64,000 bases of DNA from Myxococcota bacterium (GCA_044344255.1 JBIJDH010000002.1:96001-160000), one strand, 5' to 3'. Shown: positions 1 through 10,184, numbered from the stretch's first letter. The notes: generated by a model from the sequence alone, not told the origin. Program-made: numbers and translations.

Positions 1-2
1 GG

Positions 3-1190
3 CGTGAGTACCCGGAGGCCCTCGGTGCCTTCGCGGCGGCGGCGCCGACGGGCCGAGCTCTGGCCCGGATGCATGTCGAGCACGCGGCCCTCTACCGGCA
101 GGCCGCCCTGCTCGCGGCCAACAGCGTGAGACAGGTATACGGCGCAGACCGGCAAGACGTCGATCCGGTCGAGGTGGACTACCTGCTGGCCGCCTCCGCA
201 GGGGTGATGGGCGACTGCGCGGGCGCGCGGGAGGCGCTCCGTCGGCTCCAGGGTGCGAACGCCGCGCTGTTGGGGCCCCAGACGGCCTTCCTGCAGGCTT
301 GGGCGGACGCCCCGGATTGCCCTCGTGTTCCGGGCGGCGCCGATGTTGGGGTGGGGGCCTTTCCGGGGCAGTGGACCGCCGCGAAGGCGGGCACGATCCC
401 CAACGTGGAGGCGCTCCCTCACTACCGCTTTACCGAGAAGGTGGAGGGAGGCGGCGAGCTCTCGGCGACCGACCCCACGAGCTTGCTGCTCCTGTCTCGC
501 TGGCATGAAGCCGCAGCCCTCGCGGCGGCGCCCGCCGAGGACGCGTCCGTGGTCGCCCTCGTCCTCGATCCCTGGCGCCTGCCGGGTGAGGCCAAGGACC
601 CACTCACGTCTTCCACGCCCGCCGTGGCCGATGACTGGCTCTTCGCGGGCTTCCTGCTCATGCCTGCTGACGCCGCGTTTCTCTCCGCCGCACGCCAAGG
701 GGGTGTGGCGGCCGTCGAGGCCTGGAAGGGTAAGAGCGCGCTCGCCGCGGTCGTCGCCCCAGCCATCGTGGACGGCAAGGTGGACCCCGATCGGATGCTC
801 GATCAGGCTGTCGGGTTGGGTGATCAGATGAGCGCCGCGATGGTCGCCAAGGCTGGCTCCGAGCAAGGTTATCAGCGGCCCTTCGTGGACATCAGCCGTG
901 TCGCTGCGCTGAGGGCCGGGATGGTCGTCGCGGACGCCACGGGTGAGGCCCGGGACGCAGGGATCTTGCGCATCAACGCGCTCGAACGGTCCACTGGGCC
1001 GGCCTCTGATCCCGTGTTCTCCATCTCCGTGGCTGCCTGGGACGCGGGAAACCGAAACCCTCAGCGGGCGCAGGACCTCTTGCACGGGCTCTCGATGAGC
1101 TTCCCCGCCGTGGAGGCGGCGCGTTACCCCCTGGACGCCATGCACATCCGCCTCGCGCGGAACGCGGGGCCCTCTTCGCCGGTACATTAG
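3..1190 (+). CDS. Hypothetical Ala-rich alpha-helical protein, 5' truncated by the window edge
   Basis: The frame of ORF 69..1190 stays open back to position 3 (REYPEALGAF...). Codon usage is GC3-rich. No recognisable motif. Confidence 0.7.
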   Translation, partial: REYPEALGAFAAAAPTGRALARMHVEHAALYRQAALLAANSVRQVYGADRQDVDPVEVDYLLAASAGVMGDCAGAREALRRLQGANAALLGPQTAFLQAWADAPDCPRVPGGADVGVGAFPGQWTAAKAGTIPNVEALPHYRFTEKVEGGGELSATDPTSLLLLSRWHEAAALAAAPAEDASVVALVLDPWRLPGEAKDPLTSSTPAVADDWLFAGFLLMPADAAFLSAARQGGVAAVEAWKGKSALAAVVAPAIVDGKVDPDRMLDQAVGLGDQMSAAMVAKAGSEQGYQRPFVDISRVAALRAGMVVADATGEARDAGILRINALERSTGPASDPVFSISVAAWDAGNRNPQRAQDLLHGLSMSFPAVEAARYPLDAMHIRLARNAGPSSPVH

Positions 1191-1367
1191 TCTCCCCTCG
1201 GGTACCCTTCGGGCTTCCCTGCCTGAAGGAGCGCCCCTTCCTCTGCTCCCCGTCTCTCCCGTCCCTGTAGCGCCCCGAAATCGAAGAGAGATCGCGGGTG
1301 CTTTGCGCTCCAAGGCTGAATCGATGAACCTGCCGTCGCTGTCCCGAAGCACCCAGGAGACCCAACC

Positions 1368-2939
1368 ATGGCGCTGAAGCACGCCCTCTTGGCCGCTGGG
1401 GCGGCAGCCCTCGCGCTGTTCGCCACCGGCCCCACGCTGGCCTACTTCGAGGAGAGCCTCCCAACGACCCTGAACCCGCTGTACGCCTCCACGATGGTAG
1501 ACGTTCGAGCGCAGGATCTGGTCTTCGATCGGCTTTGGTACCACGACGCGATCACGAACGAGCTGAAGAGCCGCGTGGTGGAGAAGTGGGAGCTCGTTGA
1601 GAATGGGACGGCCATCAAGATCACGCTCAAGAGCGGGCTCAAGTGGCACAATGGCAAGGCGATGGGCGCGGACGACGTCTGCTTCACCGTCGCGGCGATG
1701 CTGGACAAGGGCACGCCGAGCCCCGTGGCGGAGGGCTACCGGGACGTCCTGAAGGACTGCAAGGCCCAGGGAAACCAGGTCGCGGTCATCAGCTTCACCA
1801 AGGTCTTCCACAACCCGCGTGAACGCCTCGGCTTCGCCGTGCTCCCGAAGTCGAGCTTCGAGTCCACGGCCATCACGCCGGACCTCCGCTTCAGCGCGCA
1901 GCCCGACGGCTCCGGCCCTTTCAAGGGCGGGCGTGGGCGCCGCAGCGTCACCTTCGACGCCTTTGGGAATGTGCACCACAGCCCGGCGATCGCGCAGCTC
2001 CAGCTCCAGGAGGGCGGTGATCCGATCGTCCAGGTCAAGACGATCATCAACAACGGCGTGCAAGGCATCATCGCCGTGCCTCCGCAGTACCGTCCCGAGG
2101 TCTCCGCCTCGGACGAGGTGGCGCTGAAGTCCTACGACCTACGCTCGTGGTGGTTCATCGCGGTCAACCCGAACAGCGCGGCGCTCTCCGACAAGCGCGT
2201 CCGGCAGGCCCTCAACCTGCTCCTCGATCGTACCGAGCTCCGGCAGCTGGCGATCGGCGTGAAGCCCGGCGAGCAGAATAGCCCCTGCGAGTTCATCTCG
2301 GGGCCCTTCGTTCAGTCGAGCCCCTATTACAACCGGTCGATCCCGGTCGCGGAGCGCTCGGATCGAGCCAAGGCGGACGCCCTCCTCAAGGAGGCGGGCC
2401 TCGCGCAAGTGGGCGGTCGGTGGCACCTCAAGGGTCAGCCGGTCGATCTGCGCATCGGAATGCTCGCGCCCCTCAACAATGAGGCGCCCGACCTCCTCTC
2501 GCAGATCGGCAATCAGCTCGGCGCTGGGGGCTTCGCCCGCGAGGAGGCGCGGATCAGCGTGGACGACTGGAACCGCAAGGCGGTGACGGGTCAGCTCACG
2601 CAGGAGTACGACCTCTTGATCGGAAAGTGGTCGTTCGGCATCGTCGAGGACGTCAACGACCTCTTCCATTCTCGCGCCGGCAAGGATGGAAAGAAGAACA
2701 TCTTCAACTATTCGAACGCCGAAGTGGACGGGATCCTCGACACCTTCGCGAAGGCTCGGACGGACACCCAGGCCCAGGACGCCTACCACAACCTCCATGA
2801 GAGGCTGTCCAAGGAGCTGCCGTACCTCTTCTTGTGGAAGCTGGACACGCGGTCGGCCTGGCGCACTGAGGTTCGGGGCAACATCATCACGCCGTACCAC
2901 TACTTCACCGAGATCGACTCCTGGCGCTACGAGAAGTAG
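1368..2939 (+). CDS. ABC transporter substrate-binding protein, family 5 (OppA/DppA-like)
   Basis: Signal peptide; TLNPL, LKSGLKWHNG, GSGPFK, LSDKRVRQAL and NYSNAEVD motifs; AGGAG RBS upstream. Confidence 0.92.
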   Translation: MALKHALLAAGAAALALFATGPTLAYFEESLPTTLNPLYASTMVDVRAQDLVFDRLWYHDAITNELKSRVVEKWELVENGTAIKITLKSGLKWHNGKAMGADDVCFTVAAMLDKGTPSPVAEGYRDVLKDCKAQGNQVAVISFTKVFHNPRERLGFAVLPKSSFESTAITPDLRFSAQPDGSGPFKGGRGRRSVTFDAFGNVHHSPAIAQLQLQEGGDPIVQVKTIINNGVQGIIAVPPQYRPEVSASDEVALKSYDLRSWWFIAVNPNSAALSDKRVRQALNLLLDRTELRQLAIGVKPGEQNSPCEFISGPFVQSSPYYNRSIPVAERSDRAKADALLKEAGLAQVGGRWHLKGQPVDLRIGMLAPLNNEAPDLLSQIGNQLGAGGFAREEARISVDDWNRKAVTGQLTQEYDLLIGKWSFGIVEDVNDLFHSRAGKDGKKNIFNYSNAEVDGILDTFAKARTDTQAQDAYHNLHERLSKELPYLFLWKLDTRSAWRTEVRGNIITPYHYFTEIDSWRYEK

Positions 2940-2963
2940 CCCCGGTCGGCTCTGGAGCCTCGT

Positions 2964-3887
2964 GTGAAGCGATGGTGGTTGAGACCGGCGGTGCGGCTGC
3001 TGGCGGCGGTGGTCCTGCCTCTGGCGGTGCCCGCGATCATCACCCTGTTGATCTGGGCTTTGCCCGGTGATCCCGCGAGCATCATCTGCCCGCCGGAGAG
3101 CTGCGGCGGCACCGAGGCCTTGGCCGAGCGCTGGCACCTCGACGGCGGACCTTGGGCCTTCTTCAGCTCATGGCTCGGTGGGGCGATCCAAGGGGACTTC
3201 GGGAACTCCTGGCGTGTGATGCAGGGCGGGCCGGTCTCCGAGCTCCTCCTGGAGGCGGCGCCGACGACCGTCGCCCTCATCAGCGCGGCGCTGCTGCCCG
3301 TGATCTTCGGCGTCGTGGGCGCGGCCGCAGGCTGGATCCCTCGAAAGCTCGACGGGCCGCTCAACGTCATCGGCCTCGTCCCAGCGCTCGTCTTTGCGCT
3401 CGTGGTGGCCGCGGTGATCCAGCTCAAGTGGGGGGCAGGATCGTCTGACCCCGAGCAGCTCGCGCGCCTCCTTGGGGGTGCGCTGGTGCTCGGCCTCTCC
3501 GACGGGGCGTTCTCGGGCGCGGTCGCGGGGATGCGGGGCATCTTCGACGCCGAGAACCGGCAGCGCTACGTCGCCATCGCGATTCTGCGCGGAGAGCGAC
3601 CGCTGTGGAACACGCTGCCAAATGTCGCGCCTGCGATGGTCGGTCAGCTTCGGGCCCGCACGCTCCACTTGTTGTCTGGGGCGGTCGTCGTCGAGGTCGT
3701 GCTCCGGATCAACGGCCTGGGAGATCTCCTGTGGGGCGGCGCGCTCCGGCAGGACTTCGCGGTGGTGCTCCCTGTGGCGACCGGCTTCGCCTTGCTCTCG
3801 GCGCTCCTCCTGCTCATTCAAGCGCTGGTCGAGATCCTGGTCGCCGTGCACGTTCGTCGTTCGCCGGCGCTCGGGAGCGCCGCATGA
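2964..3887 (+). CDS. Oligopeptide ABC permease (OppB/DppB-like)
   Basis: LPGDPA, GDFGNSW and GAVVVEVV..INGLG motifs; multiple TM segments. Confidence 0.88.
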   Translation: MKRWWLRPAVRLLAAVVLPLAVPAIITLLIWALPGDPASIICPPESCGGTEALAERWHLDGGPWAFFSSWLGGAIQGDFGNSWRVMQGGPVSELLLEAAPTTVALISAALLPVIFGVVGAAAGWIPRKLDGPLNVIGLVPALVFALVVAAVIQLKWGAGSSDPEQLARLLGGALVLGLSDGAFSGAVAGMRGIFDAENRQRYVAIAILRGERPLWNTLPNVAPAMVGQLRARTLHLLSGAVVVEVVLRINGLGDLLWGGALRQDFAVVLPVATGFALLSALLLLIQALVEILVAVHVRRSPALGSAA

Positions 3888-4708
3888 GCGGACGCTGGCT
3901 CTCGGGGACCGTGGCTGCGATCGGGCTGATCCTCCTCCTCTTCGCGGCGCTCATGGCGCCCGAGCACCTGCCCTCGCCCGCGCTCGAGCTCGCTAACGCT
4001 GGCTTCTTGGACATGCCCCCCTTCGGGGCGGACGGCCGGGGGCGTCCGCTCTTGGCCTATGCACAGCAGGGGGCTCGCGTGGCGGTCCTCCCCGCGGTGT
4101 TCGCGGGCCTGCTGGTCTCCTCGCTCGCGGTGATGGGCGGCCTCCTCCGCGCGATGGGCTTCACCGGCCTCGACTCTTGGATTCAAGGGGTCGGTGAGGT
4201 CGTCGGCGCGCTCCCGCGCATGGTCGTGCTGCTGGTGGTGGCGCTCATCCTGCCGCGCGACGCGCGGGGGCTGTTGCCGATCGCGCTTTGCTGGGCGCTG
4301 CTCGCCGCTCCCGGGGCGATGGACGAGGCGGCGGCGGTCTCCGAGCGTCTGGGCGGCGCGCGCTTCGTCGAGGCGCTGCGGGCCCACGGCTACTCGGCCA
4401 CCCGGATCTTCCTGTACCACGTCGTCGCCCTCAACCTTCGCCCTGTGGTGGTGCGCCAGGGGGTGGAAGTGGTGATGCAGGTTGTCTTCTTGGAGATCGC
4501 CTTCTCTTACCTCTCGGTGGTCGAGAGCTACCCGAGCTTCACGCACTCCGACAGCGTGGTGAGCTGGGCCGACATCCTCTACATGGGCTACCCGGCGCTC
4601 GCCTTTGGTGACCCCACCGCGGCCCACGCCCTGTTGCTCGGCCTCGGTCTCATCAGCTTCATCGCCGTGGTGACCCTCGCCACCAGCCACGCCGCGAGGG
4701 CCCGTTGA
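3884..4708 (+). CDS. Oligopeptide ABC permease (OppC/DppC-like)
   Basis: ATGA overlap with the previous gene; PFGADGRGR motif; EAA-like loop FVEALRAHG; LEIAFSYL. Confidence 0.88.
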   Translation: MSGRWLSGTVAAIGLILLLFAALMAPEHLPSPALELANAGFLDMPPFGADGRGRPLLAYAQQGARVAVLPAVFAGLLVSSLAVMGGLLRAMGFTGLDSWIQGVGEVVGALPRMVVLLVVALILPRDARGLLPIALCWALLAAPGAMDEAAAVSERLGGARFVEALRAHGYSATRIFLYHVVALNLRPVVVRQGVEVVMQVVFLEIAFSYLSVVESYPSFTHSDSVVSWADILYMGYPALAFGDPTAAHALLLGLGLISFIAVVTLATSHAARAR

Positions 4709-5472
4709 CCCCCCTCATCGAGCTGCGCGGGATGGCGATCCGCGCCGCGGAGCGCCGCCTCGTGGCGGACGTCAACGTCACCGTCTACGGCGGGCGGGTG
4801 ACCGCGCTGGTCGGCCCCTCGGGGGCTGGGAAGTCGCTCACCGCGCGGGCCTGCATGGGCGTGCTCGACGTCGAGCCGGGGCTCGAGGCGGGGACGCTGC
4901 GATACCCGGAGATCGACGCCGAGCGAGACTGGTTCGCCGGGGTGCGCGGCGGCGGTCCTGCGGCGCAGCGGGCTCTGCTCGAGCGGACACGCCACCTCCG
5001 CGGTGCCTTCTTCAGCTACTCGCCCCAAGCGGCCGCCTCAGCCCTGAACCCGGGCCGCACGATCGGCCGGCAGCTCGAGCTCGCGATCGCCCGTCGGAGC
5101 CAAGCCCCCGCCTCGCTCGGCGCAGAGGTCCGAAAGCTGCTCCGCGAGGTAGGCCTCGGCCCGGAGGCCAGCGCGGCGCTCCCCGGCGAGCTCTCCGGGG
5201 GCATGTGCCAGCGGGCGGCACTGGCGATCGCCGTCGCGCCGGCGCCCCGCCTCGTGATCGCCGACGAGCCCGAGACCGGCCTCGATCCGGTGCTGCGGCG
5301 AGCGGTCATCGAGCTCCTCGTCAAGGTGTGCAAGGACAACGGCGCCGGGCTCCTCCTCATCAGCCACCACGCTGACACCATCGATCGGATCGCCGACGAC
5401 ATCGTTCGCCTGCCGGGCCCGCCAAGCTCGGTCGCACAGGACGGCCCGCCGGTCGCTGCGGTGCACGGATGA
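4705..5472 (+). CDS. ABC transporter ATP-binding protein (OppD-like)
   Basis: Walker A GPSGAGKS, signature LSGGMCQR, Walker B VIADEP. Confidence 0.92.
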   Translation: MTPLIELRGMAIRAAERRLVADVNVTVYGGRVTALVGPSGAGKSLTARACMGVLDVEPGLEAGTLRYPEIDAERDWFAGVRGGGPAAQRALLERTRHLRGAFFSYSPQAAASALNPGRTIGRQLELAIARRSQAPASLGAEVRKLLREVGLGPEASAALPGELSGGMCQRAALAIAVAPAPRLVIADEPETGLDPVLRRAVIELLVKVCKDNGAGLLLISHHADTIDRIADDIVRLPGPPSSVAQDGPPVAAVHG

Positions 5473-6410
5473 GCGGGCCCGTCGTTCAGGTCAAGCGGCT
5501 GGGAAAGACCTTCACCCAGGGCGGCGCTTGGCCGTGGAGCCCGGTGCGCCACATCCCTGCGGTGCAGGGGGTGGACTTCGAGGTCGGGGCCGGTGAGGTC
5601 GTGGCGCTGGTCGGGCAGTCGGGATCGGGCAAGACGACGGTGTCTCGCATCGTGCTCGGCCTCGAGGAGCCCACCTCCGGCGAGGTCTGGCTCGACGGGC
5701 AGCGCTGGGACGGCCTGACCGAGGCGGAGCGACGCCCCAAGCGGGTCCGCTATCAATATGTGCCGCAGGACGCCCTCGGGGCCCTTGACCCCCAGCAGAC
5801 CGCCCTTGACCACGTGATCGAGACGCTGATCGCCCTCGGCGGCTGCGATCGACGGGAGGCCCGCGATCGGGGGCGCGACATCCTCGACCGCCTCGGCCTC
5901 GGCGCGCGCACCGCCGCGCTGCCGCGGGAGATGTCGGGCGGGGAGCAGCGGCGCGTGACCTTGGCGCGGGTGTTGGCCCTCGAGCCGCGCCTCGTGGTGG
6001 CCGATGAGCCGACGAGCGGCCTCGACGTCGATCGGCGGGCCTCCGTCCTCGAGGCCCTGGTCGGAAACCTGCCGAAGGGCGCCGGCTGCATCCTGGTGAC
6101 CCACGACATGGCCGAGGCGCGGGGATGGTGCAACCGGGTGCTGACGATGCTCGCGGGGAGGGTCATCGAGGAGGTCGACCTCTCCCAGGACGAGCCTCTT
6201 CACCCGTACGCACGCCTGCTCTTCGATCCCTGGTCCGGTCCCTTGCCGGCCGGTCCGCTGGCCCAGGTGGGCTGCCCCTTCCGTCCGGACTGTCCGCTGG
6301 CTACCGGAGAGGCGGCGGCGCGCTGCGCGGCTGAGGTTCCTTCGTTGCAGCTGCTCCGCGAGCCCGCGCATCGGGTAGCCTGTCATGCACTGAGGGGAGT
6401 GCGCCCATGA
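5469..6410 (+). CDS. ABC transporter ATP-binding protein (OppF-like, with oligo-HPY C-terminus)
   Basis: GQSGSGKT, MSGGEQRR, VVADEP and HPY motifs; GCPFRPDC...C...VACH cysteine cluster. Confidence 0.92.
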   Translation: MSGPVVQVKRLGKTFTQGGAWPWSPVRHIPAVQGVDFEVGAGEVVALVGQSGSGKTTVSRIVLGLEEPTSGEVWLDGQRWDGLTEAERRPKRVRYQYVPQDALGALDPQQTALDHVIETLIALGGCDRREARDRGRDILDRLGLGARTAALPREMSGGEQRRVTLARVLALEPRLVVADEPTSGLDVDRRASVLEALVGNLPKGAGCILVTHDMAEARGWCNRVLTMLAGRVIEEVDLSQDEPLHPYARLLFDPWSGPLPAGPLAQVGCPFRPDCPLATGEAAARCAAEVPSLQLLREPAHRVACHALRGVRP

Positions 6411-7624
6411 CCCTGTTTCAAAGACTCTCGCCTGCCGCGGTCCTCGTGGTCGCCGCTGGGGTCCTGCTCGCCGCTCCCCGCGCCGCCGAGGCGGCAGACG
6501 CCGCGGCCGCCCAGGCCGAGCACACCCGTCTGTCGGAGGAGATGCGCAAGCTGGCCTCTCGAAACGCCTGGATGGGTGTGGAGAAGGGCTACCTCAACAT
6601 GCTGAACGTCGAGAAGCAGGGCGCGGTGCTCACCTACGACGATCACATGTTGGGCGCCCAGGCTGCTCGCGCCCTCGGTGACACCACCGCGGTCTATGAT
6701 CGGCTGCTTCGCGCGCGATCCAAGAAGAAGACGGACGAGGTCGCGGCCTGGATCGCCGACATCGAGGGCAGCTACGGCCGGGTCGAGCTCTTGAAGGACG
6801 TCAAGTGGGCGGGCACGCTCACCCTCACCCCCGACGAGATGCCCTTCGCCCCCGACCAGCGCGCCGTCATCGCCGTCGCCTTTGAGGCGATCAAGACCAA
6901 GGGCGAGTACAAGGGGCTGCTACCCTTCGGCGGGTACTCCCTCGCCGGGCAACACTTCGAGGTGAAGCCGGGCGGAGAGCTCGCCGTCGCCGCCCTCAAG
7001 GCCGAGGGGAAGAGCGGGAACAAGGTGCAGACGCACGAGCGTCGAGACGGCCTCCGCTTTGATCTGGGGCCCCTGTACAGCGTCGTCGGTGACCCCAAGA
7101 CCGACGAGGGGCCGGAGGGCTTCTCGGGTTACGGGGTCCGGGCGGGGCTCGGCTGGGAGGTTGAGCTGGCCCGCCCCGTCGGGCTCGTGCTCCAGGCGGG
7201 ATACCAGGGCACGCTGGCCGGCTCGGCCAACGAGCCCGCAGAGCTCTATGGCACGACCGTCAACGCGAACGCCAAGGGGGACTCGCTGCACCTCTTCTTC
7301 GTCAGCGGCGGAGTGGCTGTGTGGCCGACGAAGAACCTCTCCATTTCGGTGGGTCCGAGCTGGTCTATCGGCGGCGCCCACATCACGGGGGCGCCCGCCG
7401 GGGGCTGCCTCGAAGGTCAATCCGCGGTCGCATGCGAGAATGCGACCGCGGAGGCCACCGTCATGCCGGTGGGAGGTTCGGCGGGGCTGTTCTACGGCTT
7501 CGCGGGCTTCCCTGGAATGAAGCGCTCCCGCAGCGGTGTCAGCTTGAACGGCGGTGCCGTCGCTGACTCCACCCGACTGTACCCGTGGGCCCAGCTCGCG
7601 TTCACCATCGCCCCGTCGAGTTGA
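6407..7624 (+). CDS. Secreted hypothetical protein: helical N-domain plus probable C-terminal outer-membrane beta-barrel
   Basis: ATGA overlap; signal peptide; C-terminal half has alternating Gly/aromatic strands (GVRAGLGWEV, SAGLFYGF, WAQLAFT). Confidence 0.65.
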   Translation: MTLFQRLSPAAVLVVAAGVLLAAPRAAEAADAAAAQAEHTRLSEEMRKLASRNAWMGVEKGYLNMLNVEKQGAVLTYDDHMLGAQAARALGDTTAVYDRLLRARSKKKTDEVAAWIADIEGSYGRVELLKDVKWAGTLTLTPDEMPFAPDQRAVIAVAFEAIKTKGEYKGLLPFGGYSLAGQHFEVKPGGELAVAALKAEGKSGNKVQTHERRDGLRFDLGPLYSVVGDPKTDEGPEGFSGYGVRAGLGWEVELARPVGLVLQAGYQGTLAGSANEPAELYGTTVNANAKGDSLHLFFVSGGVAVWPTKNLSISVGPSWSIGGAHITGAPAGGCLEGQSAVACENATAEATVMPVGGSAGLFYGFAGFPGMKRSRSGVSLNGGAVADSTRLYPWAQLAFTIAPSS

Positions 7625-7635
7625 AGGAGAGAGGG

Positions 7636-8697
7636 ATGTTCGGAACGGTCCGCCTCGCGCTCGTCGCGTTGGCTTCCACTTGGGTGGCCTCCGCAGAGGC
7701 CGTTGAGGTGAACATCACGGCGAAGGGCCATGCCTTCAACCCGTCCTGGTCACCGGACGGTCAATGGCTGGCATTTGAGTTGAACAAATACGAGGGAGCC
7801 ATCGAGCTCTACGTCGTCAAGATCGCCAACGGCAACCCGGTCGGCGCGCCCTTGAAGGTCGACGTGCCGGGGGCGACCTCGAGCTTCGCGACCGGGGGCA
7901 GCGTCGCTCAGGCGCCGAACTGGCACCCCAAGGGCATGCTCATCTTCGAGGGGAGCAATTCCGGCGGCACAAACCGGCTCTACTATTGGGCGCCGAGCGG
8001 CCAGAAGGCGTCGGAGCTGCTCAACGTGGGGCAGATCAAGGGCGATCTCTCTTGGCCGAGCGTCTCGCCGGACGGCAAGACGGTCGCCTTCGTGAGCGAC
8101 GCCACGGGCCTCGGTGACCTGTACACCTGGAACCGCGACACCAACGCGGTCACGATGGCCTTGACGTCACCCTTCTCCGAGATGGCGCCGCGCTACTCCG
8201 CAGACAGCACCTCGATCGCCTACTCTCGCAAGAACCAGGGCGGCGAGGATCTCTTCGTCTTCACGGGTGGTCAGTCGGTGCCCCGAATCGGCGGCAATGG
8301 TGACCAGAGCCGACCGATCTGGTCAGGGGGGACGTTGGTGTTCTTCTCCAACGAGCGCGGGGATGACCGTTGGGACATCGCGAACTCGGCCGCGGTGGGT
8401 GACAAGAAGACGATCGCCAAGGACATCCGCCTACCGCTGCGGGCCTCTCCCTCGCTGTCCCCCGACGGCAAGTGGGTGGCCTACGGGGTGGTGACCCCGG
8501 AGAAGGCCGACGCCATCTTCCTCACGACCGTGGACGGCAGCCGCACCGTTGAGATCAACACCGGCCTCGTCGCGACAGGTGAGCCGGCGATGATCAGCAC
8601 GGGTGGGCGGACCTGGCTCGCCTTCACTGCGCTGCCGAGCAACTCGGCCGACTGGCGGAGCCTGCAGATCATCGACGTGACCGACAAGCTCCAGTAG
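7636..8697 (+). CDS. TolB-like PD40/WD40 beta-propeller protein
   Basis: Repeated PSWSPDG, PSVSPDGKTVAF and PSLSPDGKWVAY motifs; signal peptide; AAGGAG RBS. Confidence 0.88.
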   Translation: MFGTVRLALVALASTWVASAEAVEVNITAKGHAFNPSWSPDGQWLAFELNKYEGAIELYVVKIANGNPVGAPLKVDVPGATSSFATGGSVAQAPNWHPKGMLIFEGSNSGGTNRLYYWAPSGQKASELLNVGQIKGDLSWPSVSPDGKTVAFVSDATGLGDLYTWNRDTNAVTMALTSPFSEMAPRYSADSTSIAYSRKNQGGEDLFVFTGGQSVPRIGGNGDQSRPIWSGGTLVFFSNERGDDRWDIANSAAVGDKKTIAKDIRLPLRASPSLSPDGKWVAYGVVTPEKADAIFLTTVDGSRTVEINTGLVATGEPAMISTGGRTWLAFTALPSNSADWRSLQIIDVTDKLQ

Positions 8698-8793
8698 TCG
8701 GTCGTCCTCGGCGCGGCGGTGGGCCTGCTCGTCAGCGGGCCCCCCCCTGAGTGTGTTTGCGGCGCGCCGTGCGTCAGGGCCGGTGGGGTGGGA

Positions 8794-9525
8794 TCAGAAC
8801 CACTTGCAGGCCTTCTCGCTCAAGTAGTTGAGCGCCGTGTCGTTGATCTGGCCCGTGGCGTATGGGGTGCCCGACTCTGCGTAATAGAGGAGCGTGGTGC
8901 CGTCGCCCTTGTCGAGGACCGCGTAGGCTGTGGACCAGCTCTCTTCGCCCTCGAAGAGGCCCTCCGGGCAGTCGGTCTGGGTGATGTCGATCGAGGCGCT
9001 GACCTGGAGCCCGAAGTCGCAGGCCGCGCAGGCGCCGGTGCTCGTCTCCGTTGCGCTCGTGAGCCAGGTGATCACACAGTCGTCCTCCCCGGTTGCCTGC
9101 CAGGCCGCGTTGGAGAAGAGGATCCACTGCTCGAAGCCGCTCCAGCCACCCGCGCCGTCGGAGCGGAGCTCGCCGTACCAGTAGCTGGCGGCGCCGGGGA
9201 TCGGGGTGCCGTCGTAGTCCTCACAGCCACCCTGATCGAGGCCGACGCGGAGGTCGTCGAGGCCGGTGCCGTCGCCGCCGTCGCCGCCGTCGCTGCCGTC
9301 GCCGCCATCCGAGCCGTCTGCGCCGTCGCCGCCGCCGTCATTGCCGCCGTCACCGCCATCTGCCCCGTCGGTGCCATCTGTAGAGGAGGTCCCCGTCTCG
9401 CTGGCGGTGGGCTTGCCACTACAGGCGCCGAGCGCGGTGAGCGCGGCGAGCAGGCTGAGCGGCCAAGCCCTGCGAGATCGCGGGGTGCAGGCAAGGGGGA
9501 CCACCAGTTCAAGGCGCGTCGTCAT
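8794..9525 (-). CDS. Hypothetical lipoprotein with Gly/Asp linker and six-Cys C-terminal domain
   Basis: Lipobox LGAC; DGGDG repeats; paralogue of the adjacent gene. Start codon uncertain. Confidence 0.75.
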   Translation of the reverse strand: MTTRLELVVPLACTPRSRRAWPLSLLAALTALGACSGKPTASETGTSSTDGTDGADGGDGGNDGGGDGADGSDGGDGSDGGDGGDGTGLDDLRVGLDQGGCEDYDGTPIPGAASYWYGELRSDGAGGWSGFEQWILFSNAAWQATGEDDCVITWLTSATETSTGACAACDFGLQVSASIDITQTDCPEGLFEGEESWSTAYAVLDKGDGTTLLYYAESGTPYATGQINDTALNYLSEKACKWF

Positions 9526-9527
9526 GG

Positions 9528-10184
9528 TCAGAACCAGTTGCACTTGTGGTTGGAGACGTAGTTGAGCTTACCGCCAGAGTGGTAGCCCTGCCCCAGCATC
9601 TTCCCGCTCTTGTGGAAGAAGACGGTCGTGGTGCCGTCGGACAGCCGCTTGATGTCGTACTGCTCGTCCCAAGGTTTGGCCTCCTTCTTGACGAGGCCCT
9701 CCACGCACTTGCTGGCGTTGATGTTCGGCTCGCCGTGCACCTTCACGGAGAGGTCACAGTCGCCGCAGGCGCCCACCGTGCTCGTGAAGCCCGTGACCTT
9801 CCAGGTGATGTCGCAGTCGCCGCCCCCGCGGGCCACCCACTTCGGGTTGGCGAAGAGGATCCAGCTCTCGGAGCCGCTCACGGCGTTACCGTTGATGGTG
9901 AGCTCCCCCGAGAAGTAGCCGTCAGCGCCTTCGTTTCCGGGGCCGTTGTCACAGAGGCCGCGCTGGAGGGTGGCCTTGAGGTCGGGCAGGGCGCCCTCGG
10001 CGATGGGGGAGGGGGGAGCGGCAGGAGCGCCGGCCTGGGCGGTCCCCACCTCGGCGGAGGGCGCCGCGGGGGCGGCGAGCGGGGTGGCCTCCGCGCCTTC
10101 GGGTTGGTCGCCGCCCGCGCAGGCGAGGGCCGAGAGGGCCAGGAGGGCGACCGTCGTGGGGAGGAGCCAGCGCACCCGTTCCAT
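9528..10184 (-). CDS. Hypothetical lipoprotein with Ala/Pro linker and six-Cys C-terminal domain
   Basis: Lipobox ALAC; shares WILFxN, DCxITW, CxxCD and LNYxS..CxWF with 8794..9525. Confidence 0.8.
   Translation of the reverse strand: MERVRWLLPTTVALLALSALACAGGDQPEGAEATPLAAPAAPSAEVGTAQAGAPAAPPSPIAEGALPDLKATLQRGLCDNGPGNEGADGYFSGELTINGNAVSGSESWILFANPKWVARGGGDCDITWKVTGFTSTVGACGDCDLSVKVHGEPNINASKCVEGLVKKEAKPWDEQYDIKRLSDGTTTVFFHKSGKMLGQGYHSGGKLNYVSNHKCNWF

Noticed and set aside
9260..9375. gccgtc-rich repeat as a separate element
   Set aside because: It is simply the coding sequence of the Gly/Asp linker of the lipoprotein.
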